From: a virus | Length of the DNA: 64,000 nt | Reading direction: 5' to 3' (one strand) | Virus record (IMG/VR): IMGVR_UViG_3300044712_000083 | Span: 50,192-114,191 of that record | Shown: positions 36,986 through 47,167 of the stretch, piece by piece | Position numbering within the stretch: position 1 is the first letter of the stretch | Layout: every line of letters starts with the position of its first letter | Translations under genes and position numbers: made by a program | The notes under the pieces: generated by a model | Seen by the model: only the letters and a program-made list of their open reading frames with translations | What the model was told of the DNA's origin: nothing | Database searches by the model: none

Positions 36986-39900
36986 TTAGCAGATTCCATC
37001 TGATATCACTGTACCACCTGTATTCAATTGAATATATCCGTTGTCAGTGTTGTAATATCCAGATCCTAATGTAGATGATCCAATTGAATCTGTGTAGATT
37101 GTTTTACCTATACTAGGAACACCACCTGTACAGTATGCTAATTGATCTACAGCTCTTGTACAAACATTGACAGGCGTTCCAACTGTACTGATATAGAATG
37201 GATCATATGAAGGAGGTACGTATCCACATGTAGGGCTATTAACTTCAACTACTTGTTGATTTCTTGTAGCACTTGTACATGAGTTAACTTCTTGGCTCCA
37301 TAGAGTAAATCCTACACAGTAGTATTGTAAATCCCAAGTACCACAGCTTTCGCTCACTGTACCTGTATCAATTGTTCTTGTAGTTCCTGCAGCACAAGGA
37401 TTAGTTTGTACTTGATCTTGACGTAATGTACATGATCCTGTTATGCAATATGCATTTCCTGAATTAACCCAAACTGGAGTAGTGTCAGGATAAGAGTTAG
37501 AAGGATTAGTTGATTGCCATGTTCCACCTACTAAATAGATGTTAGCTCCTGTGTAACAAGGATTGCTATTAACATAAACTGGAGTTGAATTAACTGTACC
37601 ACTTGAACATGTGTAGTATGTACCTACTTGACCTCCTTGGGTTTGAGTGTTACTAGCACCGCAAGCACCACTACATGTTACATCGTAAGTGTTACCTGTT
37701 GGATTACCATTACAGTAGTATTTCTCAATGAAACGCTGTGTTGTTCCTAAACAAATGTAATCTGTGTAGTAAGTTCCGTTACATGCTTCATTACACTGAC
37801 AAGAGCAATTACTAATTACATAAGATGAACTTTCTCCACAGTCATTGATTGTAGGTTGAATCAATGCGTTTCCACTACATATTGGAGATCCCGAAGGTAC
37901 ATAATTTTGTCTATTATACAATGTAAATGTTAAATTATTACCAGCAGTTAATGTAACAGTTGATCCACTGCCGTATGACGATCCATTAAGTATAGCTGAA
38001 CAAACATAGAAACCATCATAGTCTACACGAATTGTAGTTCCTACAGGATAACTTCTAGAACCTCCATCCCAACTAGGATCTGCAGTACCATTGATATAAG
38101 GTGTGTAAGAACTAACATTCAATCCATTTAACGGATTCAATGTTACTGTTACAGGAGCAATAGTAGTACTTGTAGTAGTAGTACTGCTTGGAGGTACAGT
38201 GGTACTAGTTGATGTAGTAGATGTTGAGCTAGTACTTGTTGTTGTACTTGTACTAACAGGATTCATATAAAGTGTAATAGGATCACTAAGGTTAGTACAT
38301 GCTGCACTACCAACATATGCTTGAATAAAGTTACCAGTAGGAGTACCATCCCAATCAACATTAATTGTCTGACTTCCTGCAGAATTAAATGTTAATGATA
38401 TAGGAGTTCTAGTTCCACCAGCAATTGAAGTACCGACTACAATTGGATATGAAGTAGAGCTAGGAGCACTCATTGTAACTGTGTAAACAGCAGATTCAAA
38501 TGGTGCTACTGTTGTAGGTCCTGTGAATGTCCAATCACCATTTACAATCGGCACACATGCAAGCGTTGTACTTGTACTAGTTGTAGAAGTAGAAGTAGAA
38601 GTAGACGTACTTGTTGAAGTAGATGTACTAGATGTAGATGTTGAAGTAGATGTTGTAGGTCCTACATATTCTGTTGTTGTACTAGTAGTAGTTGAAGTAG
38701 GTCCTGAGGTAGTACTAGTAGTGGTACTTGTAGTTGGAGTTAGAGTACTTGTAGTACTTGTAGTTGGAACTATTGTAGTAGTAGTACTAGTTGTAGGAGC
38801 AATAGTAGTAGATGTGCTTGTAGTTGAAGTAGTAGATGTACTTGATGTTGACGTAGATGTTGAAGTCGAAGTAGATGTACTAGTTGAACTTGTAGAACTT
38901 GTTGTAGAAGTTGTTGTTGGAGTGTAGTTTATAGCATCAATAGTAAACACACAACCTTCTTTAACTGCATTTCCTACCAACTGACAAGGAGTTACATATG
39001 ACGCACTACCATTCAATGAACAATAAACATCTATTGGTCCAAATGTAGTTGAAGTAGTTGTAGTAGATGTACCAAGAATTGTACTAGTTGTAGTAGTAGT
39101 TGATGGTCCTACATATGCAGTGGTAGTTGTTGTAGTAGTTAATCCTGATGCAATAGCAGAAAAATCACAACCTTGATTGTTTCCAGAATAGAAGAAGTTA
39201 TTCTCAGCAATGTAATAGTTAGGAATATAACTATGGAAAGAGATCCAACTCTTTGTATTCATGTTGTAAGACAATGTCCATGACTTATTACAGAAGTATG
39301 TAATGTCATTTAACTGAACAACCTCTTTAATTGTAGTATTTCCTGCAATAGGATAGATGTAATATTCTTTATAGTAACCTACTTGTGCAGGATCTGTACC
39401 ATAGAAAATCTTACCAACCCAATTTGGTTGTGGGATGTAGTCAAGTTTAGTGATAATGATTCTATCAAATTTAGAATCATACACACCTGTTAAACCAACC
39501 TTAGTATAATTGTTATCTACATCAGCTTCAGGGAAGTAACGTAAGATTTCAAATGCTAAATGGTCAGTCATAAAACGATTGACACCTGAACCAAATGCAG
39601 ATAAGTCCACAACTTGTGTTCCTGTTACTAAGAATATCTGTCCACGTTTAGCATCAATTGTTACTTGTCCATTAGGAATCTTTAGCAACATCTTGTGTTG
39701 AGATCCTACATATCCTAAATCTGTCTCAGCAAAATCAATTGGAGGAGCAGATCTAAACAATGTAGAATTACCAATATAAGCAGCTTGTGGATTGCTTGTA
39801 TCGATTGTAAGCATTGTGTTGTATAACAATGACTTATTCTCAAAACGAGCTAAGATAGCCTTGTTTTGGATACCATCTAATGATGTAAGCTTTCCGTATG

Positions 39901-42900
39901 TTTGAGGGAAATCAAAGAAAGAAGCAGGTCTATACAATAACCAGTTATTCACCTTACTTGTAGAAGATGGATCTTGTTGATCTGAATATATAGCTCTAAA
40001 CGGAAACTCTTTTTCACAAGCACTATTTGTCCAATTTAAAGGAAGGTGTGAGAAGAAGTTCTCTGTATTCTGTTTAGAATAACTTAAGTTGTAGTAGTAT
40101 GTATTATCTACTGCAATAGGTACTCTAACTTGTTGCAACCAATCATCAGGAATACCAGAACTTACACGAGGGTAGAAGTTACCTTCATTACCATTATATG
40201 CTTGACGCAAGTCTAAGTTGATAGAACTCTCACAATAGAAGTAAGGAATTCCATACGCAAACATATACATCTTACCATCGTAGAATGATTGAGTATTACT
40301 TAAACTTGTAGCTCCATCATAATTAGTACCACTAGGTGGGGTTGGTGTAGTTGGTGTACTTGTATATATAGGATCAGAAGGGCAATCAAAACAATGTGCT
40401 TTGATTGAAATAAAATTTGTTAATGTATCACTTCCTAAAACAATATCACTCAAAACAGAACGAGATGAATGCCAGTATTGAGGATAAGCAATATTACCTA
40501 ATTGATCATAATTAATATCTGAATCATCTGGAGCTAATACCCTATTGTCAATAAAGAATGGAAGTTTAGTTTTAAATGCAAACTTACCAATGAATGTATC
40601 ACCACCAAATATAGTTTTAACTCCTGTAGGAGAATCTCTATCTACTTGGAATCCTGTATCAATTGTTTCGTATGTATAGAGTTGTCCCCATTGATTACGA
40701 ACAACATTCTTAATTGATGCATAGTAAGATACAACCTTAATAGATTGTAACTCTTCAGGAACTGCACATTTCTTTTTCTGTGATAATGTAAATCTAGAAT
40801 CATCAGAGATTTTACCAGCAATAGAATCTATATCATTTGGAAATCTAAGAGGAATAACTGTAGTAGTGTTATCACTACGCTTTTCTATAGTTTTTAAATA
40901 AACAGATGACTCACGTTGGAAGTTATTAAGATCCCAAGTATCTCCTACTGATTGTACGCCTGGATATACATATTGATACTTATCAAGTTGTCTTTGCTTA
41001 ACACCATCACCGTTCTGAATATTTCCAAAATAGTCATAACTTGCAATTGAGTTGAATGAGTATGCAAAGTTTTTTCTAGTAATTCCACTAATATAAATCT
41101 GTAGATAAGATTGGTATGCAGCAAATACAGCATTCATATCTCCATCTGCTATAGCATAGCTAGAAACTAATGCTTTTTGTTGAATAGCTTTTGTAATTAG
41201 CTTATAACTTGCATTACTTTTAACAGGAACAAAATGTGCTTTTCCTGCTCCATACATTACATTCTCAAGCTTCAATACATCTCCTAATGTAGGTTGTCCA
41301 AACGATGTTTCAGGAGAGTTAAATACTTGTCTGTATTTAGTTTCATTATTAATCTGACCACCTGGCTCATTGTTTACAGTAAAACCAGTGAATTTTTTAG
41401 GATAACATTCAGGATTAAATGAATCTGTAGATGTTGTTATATAATTCTTTGATCCACTTACATATGTTAACTTTGCACCAATTGGAAATCCAGGAATTTC
41501 AATATATTCAACAAGAACAGTTTTTGGAGAATCTGCTACAGTAACTGTTATTTCTTTAGTAGCTCCATCTGCATACGGATCTCCATATGTAAATTTAGTA
41601 GAATCTAAAGCTCCGTCTTGATTTACAACAATAGTAACGACAGTTGTATATTTCCCAATGTATGGACTAAATATGTTACATACTAATCCACCTGTTTTTT
41701 GTGGAAATGTAGTTGAGCAAACATATTGTGGCTCCGTTTGAGCAACAATATTAATTGTTTTTACTTCATTAGTAAAACAGTCATTATAAATTAATGAGCC
41801 AGGAGATGTAACACCAGTAATCTTATACTTCTCCGATTGACCACTATATGCATTGTTTTGCTTAAGTAAGAACGGATCTGTGTTAAGATCGTTATATGGA
41901 TAGTTAGGATAATAGTAGTATGTAGGATTAGGAGAACTTGATTCATCTCTTGTATATCTACCTACGTTTCTTAAAATACCCTTTGCAACAATAGATTTGT
42001 TTGTATTACGATTACCACGGACAATCTTATATCCAGCAATTTCGTTTCTTTGTTCAGGAGTTAAGTATGTCTGAATTAATGATTCAATCTGTGCTGTGTC
42101 AACTCTAATACCAAGTGGGTAGATAGCATTAGCAGATTTCATCTCCACTTGATACTTACCTGCAACTTCGACAGGAGTAGCACTTTCAAATGCAGGACTT
42201 ACTAAAATATCAGGAAACTTGTGATGACGAATTGGTCCTGTTAATCCTGCTTCTGTAAATACTGGTCCTTTATATTCTTCAGTTGATTGCCAGAATGCAA
42301 AATCACCATATTGATATGGTGTTGCACCATTAATTGTTGGTCCTGTAGCAGCAACCCCATTACCTGCAGTGTTATACACTTTCCAACGATCAAGTGGTTG
42401 CAATGTATCATCCTCAGCAATATAGTCTGGATTACTTTTATCAACTTTAGGATTTATATCTGAATCTTTAATTGCTCTTCCTGGAATATGGAAACCATCT
42501 GTCTGCTTACCATTCTTTAACAAGAATACAATCTCAAATGCATATACCTCATCACGTAGATAACCACGTAAATTAAGTGCATTTAATTCATCTGCATAGT
42601 TTTGCCCTGCTGCCATTTTGTATGACTGCCATTGCAATGTAATTCTAGCAGCAACTTTTTGATAGTCAACTCTATTATTAGATTTTAATCCATCCCAAAT
42701 CAAAACATCCTGTACAGAAGTTACATCATTGGCAATATCATAGTATGGATACTTCTCAAAGATTTCTTCAATAGCTACAGCAATTGGAGTTTTGTTTTGT
42801 CCAGAATAGATGACAGTATTTTTACCAGTAGTTGCACCAGTTTCAGCAGGAATTTTATCAATTAAGTATGTACCTAATAACTCAGCAGAAGTTGCATTAT

Positions 42901-43720
42901 TAACTGTTTTAATTACAGCAACATTGTAATAATCAAAGTAACCTTTGATATCAATGTTAGTAATAGTAAGCTGAATAGACTTGTTAACTTGATAGTTGAA
43001 GTCTTGTGTTTCTACAGTTGTATTAGCAATAGGAAGAGGATTCGTAACAGAATAATAAGATGTATATCCTGCTCCTGTAGAACTACAATACTGAATAGCA
43101 AACTGATATGTACCAGCAATCAACTCTCCACCATTTAAAACATCTGTAACTGAAAGTTGAGGGATGTCAAAATTAGGTTGGATATTTAAAATATTACAAT
43201 CAGTTAATTCATTATCATCAGTATCAAATCTACCTAAGTCTAAATATCTACGAGGGTTTTTACCATCAGTCCAATATATCTCAATAGAAGGCTCATCATC
43301 AATTACACAATTTGCAACCTTATGTACAACTTTATGTATAGGATAGTTTACATCAAAGTTCAAACATGCTCCTTTGACGTATGTATGATATTTACAATCA
43401 TTATTAACCATGTAACCAATCTGATATTCAGGATTGATTGAACTAGGTTTCATTAAAAAGAAAACATGTTTATTCTGTTCAGGAATAAAATGTTTACCAA
43501 TTAAAATAAAATTATCAGGAAACTTTACGCATAGCTCATTACCTGCTTCATTCTGATAGTTAACAGAATTAGCATCAAAGTTTTCTACAGCAGCATTCAA
43601 TGCGTAAGTTAAACTTCCTTTAGGTATTTGTGCTACTGCACTATCTAAATTCAGTCCTGTTTGTGCAAAGTTATACTCGTTAGTAACGTTACCCTGATTA
43701 GTTGTTTCTTCTGCGGCCAT
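36986..43720 (-). CDS. Muzzle / tail stabilisation protein (N-terminal part) with a Thr/Ser-rich and Cys-rich C-terminal extension
   Basis: LTYALNA...NEAGN, CLNF...PI, YWTDGKNPRR, RGYLRDEVY, FGGDTFI, DAKRG and WTLSY...WISFHSYIP. It follows the ring-protein gene, as in crAss-like tail modules. Confidence 0.75.
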   Translation of the reverse strand: MAAEETTNQGNVTNEYNFAQTGLNLDSAVAQIPKGSLTYALNAAVENFDANSVNYQNEAGNELCVKFPDNFILIGKHFIPEQNKHVFFLMKPSSINPEYQIGYMVNNDCKYHTYVKGACLNFDVNYPIHKVVHKVANCVIDDEPSIEIYWTDGKNPRRYLDLGRFDTDDNELTDCNILNIQPNFDIPQLSVTDVLNGGELIAGTYQFAIQYCSSTGAGYTSYYSVTNPLPIANTTVETQDFNYQVNKSIQLTITNIDIKGYFDYYNVAVIKTVNNATSAELLGTYLIDKIPAETGATTGKNTVIYSGQNKTPIAVAIEEIFEKYPYYDIANDVTSVQDVLIWDGLKSNNRVDYQKVAARITLQWQSYKMAAGQNYADELNALNLRGYLRDEVYAFEIVFLLKNGKQTDGFHIPGRAIKDSDINPKVDKSNPDYIAEDDTLQPLDRWKVYNTAGNGVAATGPTINGATPYQYGDFAFWQSTEEYKGPVFTEAGLTGPIRHHKFPDILVSPAFESATPVEVAGKYQVEMKSANAIYPLGIRVDTAQIESLIQTYLTPEQRNEIAGYKIVRGNRNTNKSIVAKGILRNVGRYTRDESSSPNPTYYYYPNYPYNDLNTDPFLLKQNNAYSGQSEKYKITGVTSPGSLIYNDCFTNEVKTINIVAQTEPQYVCSTTFPQKTGGLVCNIFSPYIGKYTTVVTIVVNQDGALDSTKFTYGDPYADGATKEITVTVADSPKTVLVEYIEIPGFPIGAKLTYVSGSKNYITTSTDSFNPECYPKKFTGFTVNNEPGGQINNETKYRQVFNSPETSFGQPTLGDVLKLENVMYGAGKAHFVPVKSNASYKLITKAIQQKALVSSYAIADGDMNAVFAAYQSYLQIYISGITRKNFAYSFNSIASYDYFGNIQNGDGVKQRQLDKYQYVYPGVQSVGDTWDLNNFQRESSVYLKTIEKRSDNTTTVIPLRFPNDIDSIAGKISDDSRFTLSQKKKCAVPEELQSIKVVSYYASIKNVVRNQWGQLYTYETIDTGFQVDRDSPTGVKTIFGGDTFIGKFAFKTKLPFFIDNRVLAPDDSDINYDQLGNIAYPQYWHSSRSVLSDIVLGSDTLTNFISIKAHCFDCPSDPIYTSTPTTPTPPSGTNYDGATSLSNTQSFYDGKMYMFAYGIPYFYCESSINLDLRQAYNGNEGNFYPRVSSGIPDDWLQQVRVPIAVDNTYYYNLSYSKQNTENFFSHLPLNWTNSACEKEFPFRAIYSDQQDPSSTSKVNNWLLYRPASFFDFPQTYGKLTSLDGIQNKAILARFENKSLLYNTMLTIDTSNPQAAYIGNSTLFRSAPPIDFAETDLGYVGSQHKMLLKIPNGQVTIDAKRGQIFLVTGTQVVDLSAFGSGVNRFMTDHLAFEILRYFPEADVDNNYTKVGLTGVYDSKFDRIIITKLDYIPQPNWVGKIFYGTDPAQVGYYKEYYIYPIAGNTTIKEVVQLNDITYFCNKSWTLSYNMNTKSWISFHSYIPNYYIAENNFFYSGNNQGCDFSAIASGLTTTTTTTAYVGPSTTTTTSTILGTSTTTTSTTFGPIDVYCSLNGSASYVTPCQLVGNAVKEGCVFTIDAINYTPTTTSTTSSTSSTSTSTSTSTSTSTSSTSTTSTTSTSTTIAPTTSTTTTIVPTTSTTSTLTPTTSTTTSTTSGPTSTTTSTTTEYVGPTTSTSTSTSSTSTSTSTSTSTSTSTTSTSTTLACVPIVNGDWTFTGPTTVAPFESAVYTVTMSAPSSTSYPIVVGTSIAGGTRTPISLTFNSAGSQTINVDWDGTPTGNFIQAYVGSAACTNLSDPITLYMNPVSTSTTTSTSSTSTTSTSTTVPPSSTTTTSTTIAPVTVTLNPLNGLNVSSYTPYINGTADPSWDGGSRSYPVGTTIRVDYDGFYVCSAILNGSSYGSGSTVTLTAGNNLTFTLYNRQNYVPSGSPICSGNALIQPTINDCGESSSYVISNCSCQCNEACNGTYYTDYICLGTTQRFIEKYYCNGNPTGNTYDVTCSGACGASNTQTQGGQVGTYYTCSSGTVNSTPVYVNSNPCYTGANIYLVGGTWQSTNPSNSYPDTTPVWVNSGNAYCITGSCTLRQDQVQTNPCAAGTTRTIDTGTVSESCGTWDLQYYCVGFTLWSQEVNSCTSATRNQQVVEVNSPTCGYVPPSYDPFYISTVGTPVNVCTRAVDQLAYCTGGVPSIGKTIYTDSIGSSTLGSGYYNTDNGYIQLNTGGTVISDGIC
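38160..39145 (-). repeat. Low-complexity Thr/Ser codon tracts (mucin-like) inside the muzzle gene
   Basis: Three tracts at about 38160-38260, 38560-38925 and 39040-39145 encode TTSTTSSTSSTSTST-type sequence. Confidence 0.9.
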
Positions 43721-44672
43721 ATCGGTTTGTTCTGTTTGGCAGTTCGTACATGTTGAACCTGTTCAGGTCATTCTTAATTCTGCGTTGTTTATCCCAAGCA
43801 GTTTGTTTCTTTATTTCAATATCGGCCATAATGAATGCCTCTTCAGAAAGTTGCTTATAATAAGCAAGCTTCTGTTGTATTTGTTGGAACGTTTCATCTG
43901 TTAATTGGTTGGAAAGCATTTCAAACACTTTGTATTTAATGAACGCTTCTATGTATTCACGAATACGATAGTTATCAGGAATCAACTGATTACCAATTTC
44001 ATCATATTCTGTAGCATAGAATACTAAGTGTACAATGCCATTTCTAAAATTAGTTACGAATTTATTATCTCTAATATCAAATGATCCATATCCAGAAGAT
44101 CCTGGAGTGAAATTAGCTCTGGTAGCCGCTGCTGTACCATTATCCCATGCAGAAGTGTAAGATAAATCACAATTGCCTCTTGCAGAGATATTACCTGGTT
44201 GAAGTAAATATTCTTTAGTGTACAAGTTTGCAGCACTATTGTTTGTCTTGTAAACAGTCTGAATTAACTCAGGCATACATTGTCCATCACAGCCTACATT
44301 AGCGCAGCTAGGATTAGTACAAGAGCCATCTTGTGTAGTGATTGGACTAACTTGTATAGTTGTAGCAGTAAATGCTTGAGAATAGAAAGAACTAGCCTCC
44401 TGGTAAGTGTTACCATATACTGATGTACACATCCAAGCTTCTCTTACAGCATAGAAGTTATCTGGAAGACGAGCTTCAAAATCCATAACATCAAGAGGCT
44501 GCTCTGCAATAACATAAGTAGTTCTACCTAACTTACGTAGACACTTGTCTAAATAAGTGGGAAACAATAAATCATCAACAGCTCCTGTATCAAAGTAGCT
44601 TTTTAATTCTTCCTTTACTGTAGCATATACAGGCTCAGGAGAAACAAAATCATATTTATAGTAGTATGACAT
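43698..44672 (-). CDS. Tail ring / tubular protein
   Basis: ARLPDNF...IRDNKFVTNFRNGIVHLVFYATEYDEIGNQLIPD...EAFIKYK. Synteny places it between the HU-like gene and the muzzle. Confidence 0.7.
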   Translation of the reverse strand: MSYYYKYDFVSPEPVYATVKEELKSYFDTGAVDDLLFPTYLDKCLRKLGRTTYVIAEQPLDVMDFEARLPDNFYAVREAWMCTSVYGNTYQEASSFYSQAFTATTIQVSPITTQDGSCTNPSCANVGCDGQCMPELIQTVYKTNNSAANLYTKEYLLQPGNISARGNCDLSYTSAWDNGTAAATRANFTPGSSGYGSFDIRDNKFVTNFRNGIVHLVFYATEYDEIGNQLIPDNYRIREYIEAFIKYKVFEMLSNQLTDETFQQIQQKLAYYKQLSEEAFIMADIEIKKQTAWDKQRRIKNDLNRFNMYELPNRTNRYGRRRNN

Positions 44673-44678
44673 AGTAAT

Positions 44679-45158
44679 TTATTTTTTCCACTCTCGATAG
44701 ATATGTTGATATTTATCGTCAGTCTTTATGTAATGAGATAATAGTCTTGATGTAGTGCGTGTAGGTTTGAAGTACCAAAGATCTACAAGTCTTATTCGTG
44801 TAGTTTCTTTAAACCAAATCCAGCCAAAGAAATAGCCTTCCGTATGATAGTTAAAGTTGTAGATTCGTTTACCTTTCTCCTTACTCTTTTGCCAATCTAT
44901 AGGAAGATTAACCATCTCCACACCATTGATTGTTTTCATCTTCTTACGCTTCTTCTTGTTAATGGAGAATTCACCAAAGCCCAAAGGCAATCGTGCTTTA
45001 TCTCCAGTTTCAAGAATGTAGTTTTTGAAGTATTCGTTGTAGGAATAGATGATATTCCTCCAATCATCAAATGATATTTGAATAGATGGGTTCTTCTTGC
45101 AGAAGTTTTTGTAGTTATCTTTGCTGGAACTTCTCCAGTCAACTTTTACTCTAGGCAT
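44679..45158 (-). CDS. HU/IHF-like DNA-binding protein
   Basis: Basic protein with the LPLGFGEFSINKKKRK arm motif and IDWQKSK...FNYHT...FKP. Confidence 0.7.
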   Translation of the reverse strand: MPRVKVDWRSSSKDNYKNFCKKNPSIQISFDDWRNIIYSYNEYFKNYILETGDKARLPLGFGEFSINKKKRKKMKTINGVEMVNLPIDWQKSKEKGKRIYNFNYHTEGYFFGWIWFKETTRIRLVDLWYFKPTRTTSRLLSHYIKTDDKYQHIYREWKK

Positions 45159-45161
45159 AAA

Positions 45162-45884
45162 TTAGCTTCCAGGTAATGTATTAGGAGATTGTCCATCCAA
45201 GTTGTCTGATGTAATATCCTGTTTTAGTTTGAAGTAGGTTTGTAATAATTTCTGTGATGTAAGTTCTAGCACTTGTTTTTCTAAATATCCTGGAACACCA
45301 TACTCTTTATCTAATGGATTCTTACAATAGTCATTAGGATCAGGAGTTACTCCTGAACATGGAGCAAACATAATATCGCTACTAACATCACTTTCAAAGA
45401 ATGCAGCAATTCTAGCTTTCTGTAATAATGGATTACTAACATATAAATAATCATTAATAATCCAGTAATAAGACTCATTCTTAATAATAGGAAGCTTAAG
45501 GAGATTCATGTAACGATTGATAGTAATCTCCTTATATCTAGTTCCTTTTCCTCCCATAGCATTAATAGACCACACACCTTGGATAAGATATTGATAGTTA
45601 CCTTCTGATATACGAGGAAGTTTAAATTTGCTTCTAGCAACTGTACAAGGATCTTTATAATCGCAACATTCTGCAATAGGTACAGGTATCATCTCTAAAC
45701 ACGGAATGGTTGTAAACAATGTATCTGTAGCCCATAATCTGCGAAGATTAGTCTCTCGCTTTACTAACATGATAGTATTGTTCTTAACTTCAGAGGCAAT
45801 AGCTCTATCTGTTATCAACCCATCTGTTGATAATAATTTGTGCATAGAACGCACGTCTGAAACTAATTTTCTTAATGTTGCCAT
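45162..45884 (-). CDS. Tail ring (adaptor) protein
   Basis: CLEMIPV...RSKFKLP...YYWIINDYLY...FES...DKEYGVP. Assigned partly by synteny. Confidence 0.6.
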   Translation of the reverse strand: MATLRKLVSDVRSMHKLLSTDGLITDRAIASEVKNNTIMLVKRETNLRRLWATDTLFTTIPCLEMIPVPIAECCDYKDPCTVARSKFKLPRISEGNYQYLIQGVWSINAMGGKGTRYKEITINRYMNLLKLPIIKNESYYWIINDYLYVSNPLLQKARIAAFFESDVSSDIMFAPCSGVTPDPNDYCKNPLDKEYGVPGYLEKQVLELTSQKLLQTYFKLKQDITSDNLDGQSPNTLPGS

Positions 45885-45885
45885 T

Positions 45886-47109
45886 TTATATTCTTGATTC
45901 GAATTCTGCTATCTTACCATGGATAAAATCATAAACCAATGCTAAGCCAGCTCTAATACTGTGTACAAAGTTGTTGTCAGAATGCCAACGGTCTGTACCA
46001 GACAAGCTAGGCATTTGTTGGATTCTAACACCTTTGACTTCCTTAGCCATGTAATGGTGTTTATCTCCTGTGTGAACCTCACGATATACGGAAGCACCAA
46101 ACTTATATCCGTAATCTTTGTGAGTTGCAAATAATAAAGGAAGATCATCCAACTTACAGTTACCATGATGATAACCAATGAATGTATTCCCTAATACAAC
46201 TGCTTTTATTAATGATGTTGTTCTATCAAAATATACAGTAGGATCTTCACTATAATAAACTGATAACGCATGTGCTAAGTAATATGACTTAGTTCTGTCA
46301 TGATTTCCTTGCACTAAGATAACTTCAACAGCATCTGCATTAGACTTAAGGAAATCAATTGCTTGTACTAACAAATCAAATCCATGTTCATACTCTTCTG
46401 CATAGTCAGCAATTGTATCTTGTGGAGTACCTGCTGTTGTAGAATTCTGATAATTATCTGTATGAAAGAAGTCATTTGATATAGGAAACACAATTGTGTC
46501 AATGTTATATACAGAACGAACATTCTTTACTAACTCTTGCACCACGTGCATGTATGCTGCTTTTCTAACATTAATATCATTGTTACCATCAATCACTTTC
46601 TTTGCTAAGTGAAAATCAGATAAAGATATTTCTACAGCTACTGTTTTCTTATCTTCATCATGCTTTACAACATCACAAACAACATGTTGTGGTTTATAAT
46701 TTTGTAAGAACTTAGCAAAATCTTCTGGAGTGTAATCCTGTGGTTTCTTTAGTTTAGAGAATACAGAGGATGTAAACTTACCACTTGGTAAAACCTTTGA
46801 CCAGTAGTTAGTAATAACATATTTGTCAAGGTTAATCTTGTGTAATGCTGCTAATTCAAGATCATCTTTAGGTTCGTAATCTAACACTAATGTGCTTTCT
46901 AACGTTCCTTTCTCGTTATTTACTTTACGAGTAGAAGAGATGTATTCTGCAATCTCTTCCTCAACAGTTGAGTCCTTACCTCTCAACTCTTTTAATAATT
47001 CTTCAACTTCACCTTCCGTAATTTGTAGCTTTTCAGCCATAAATTTCTTACTCTTTTTCCAACTTAAAAGCTTTTCAAGCTGAAACAATAGGTTTTGGTC
47101 TTGAGCCAT
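45886..47109 (-). CDS. Calcineurin-like metallophosphoesterase with N-terminal HTH-like segment
   Basis: SDFH, NDFFH, GNHD, HHG and GDKHH metal-binding motifs in canonical order. Confidence 0.85.
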   Translation of the reverse strand: MAQDQNLLFQLEKLLSWKKSKKFMAEKLQITEGEVEELLKELRGKDSTVEEEIAEYISSTRKVNNEKGTLESTLVLDYEPKDDLELAALHKINLDKYVITNYWSKVLPSGKFTSSVFSKLKKPQDYTPEDFAKFLQNYKPQHVVCDVVKHDEDKKTVAVEISLSDFHLAKKVIDGNNDINVRKAAYMHVVQELVKNVRSVYNIDTIVFPISNDFFHTDNYQNSTTAGTPQDTIADYAEEYEHGFDLLVQAIDFLKSNADAVEVILVQGNHDRTKSYYLAHALSVYYSEDPTVYFDRTTSLIKAVVLGNTFIGYHHGNCKLDDLPLLFATHKDYGYKFGASVYREVHTGDKHHYMAKEVKGVRIQQMPSLSGTDRWHSDNNFVHSIRAGLALVYDFIHGKIAEFESRI

Positions 47110-47134
47110 GTATCGTTATTTAGTTAAATTGTCC

Positions 47135-47167
47135 TAAATATATAAATTATTTTTTGGAATTACCAAA
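47135..47167 (-). promoter_or_regulatory. Variant Bacteroidota-type promoter
   Basis: TTTG-N21-TATATTTA. Confidence 0.5.

Noticed and set aside
36968-36988. Programmed readthrough joining the two muzzle halves
   Set aside because: Two consecutive TAA codons and an A-rich initiation region before the next ATG favour separate translation.
38160-39145. CRISPR array or DGR template/variable repeat
   Set aside because: The repeats are in-frame low-complexity codons with no repeat-spacer periodicity. No adenine-specific repeat pair or reverse transcriptase was seen.
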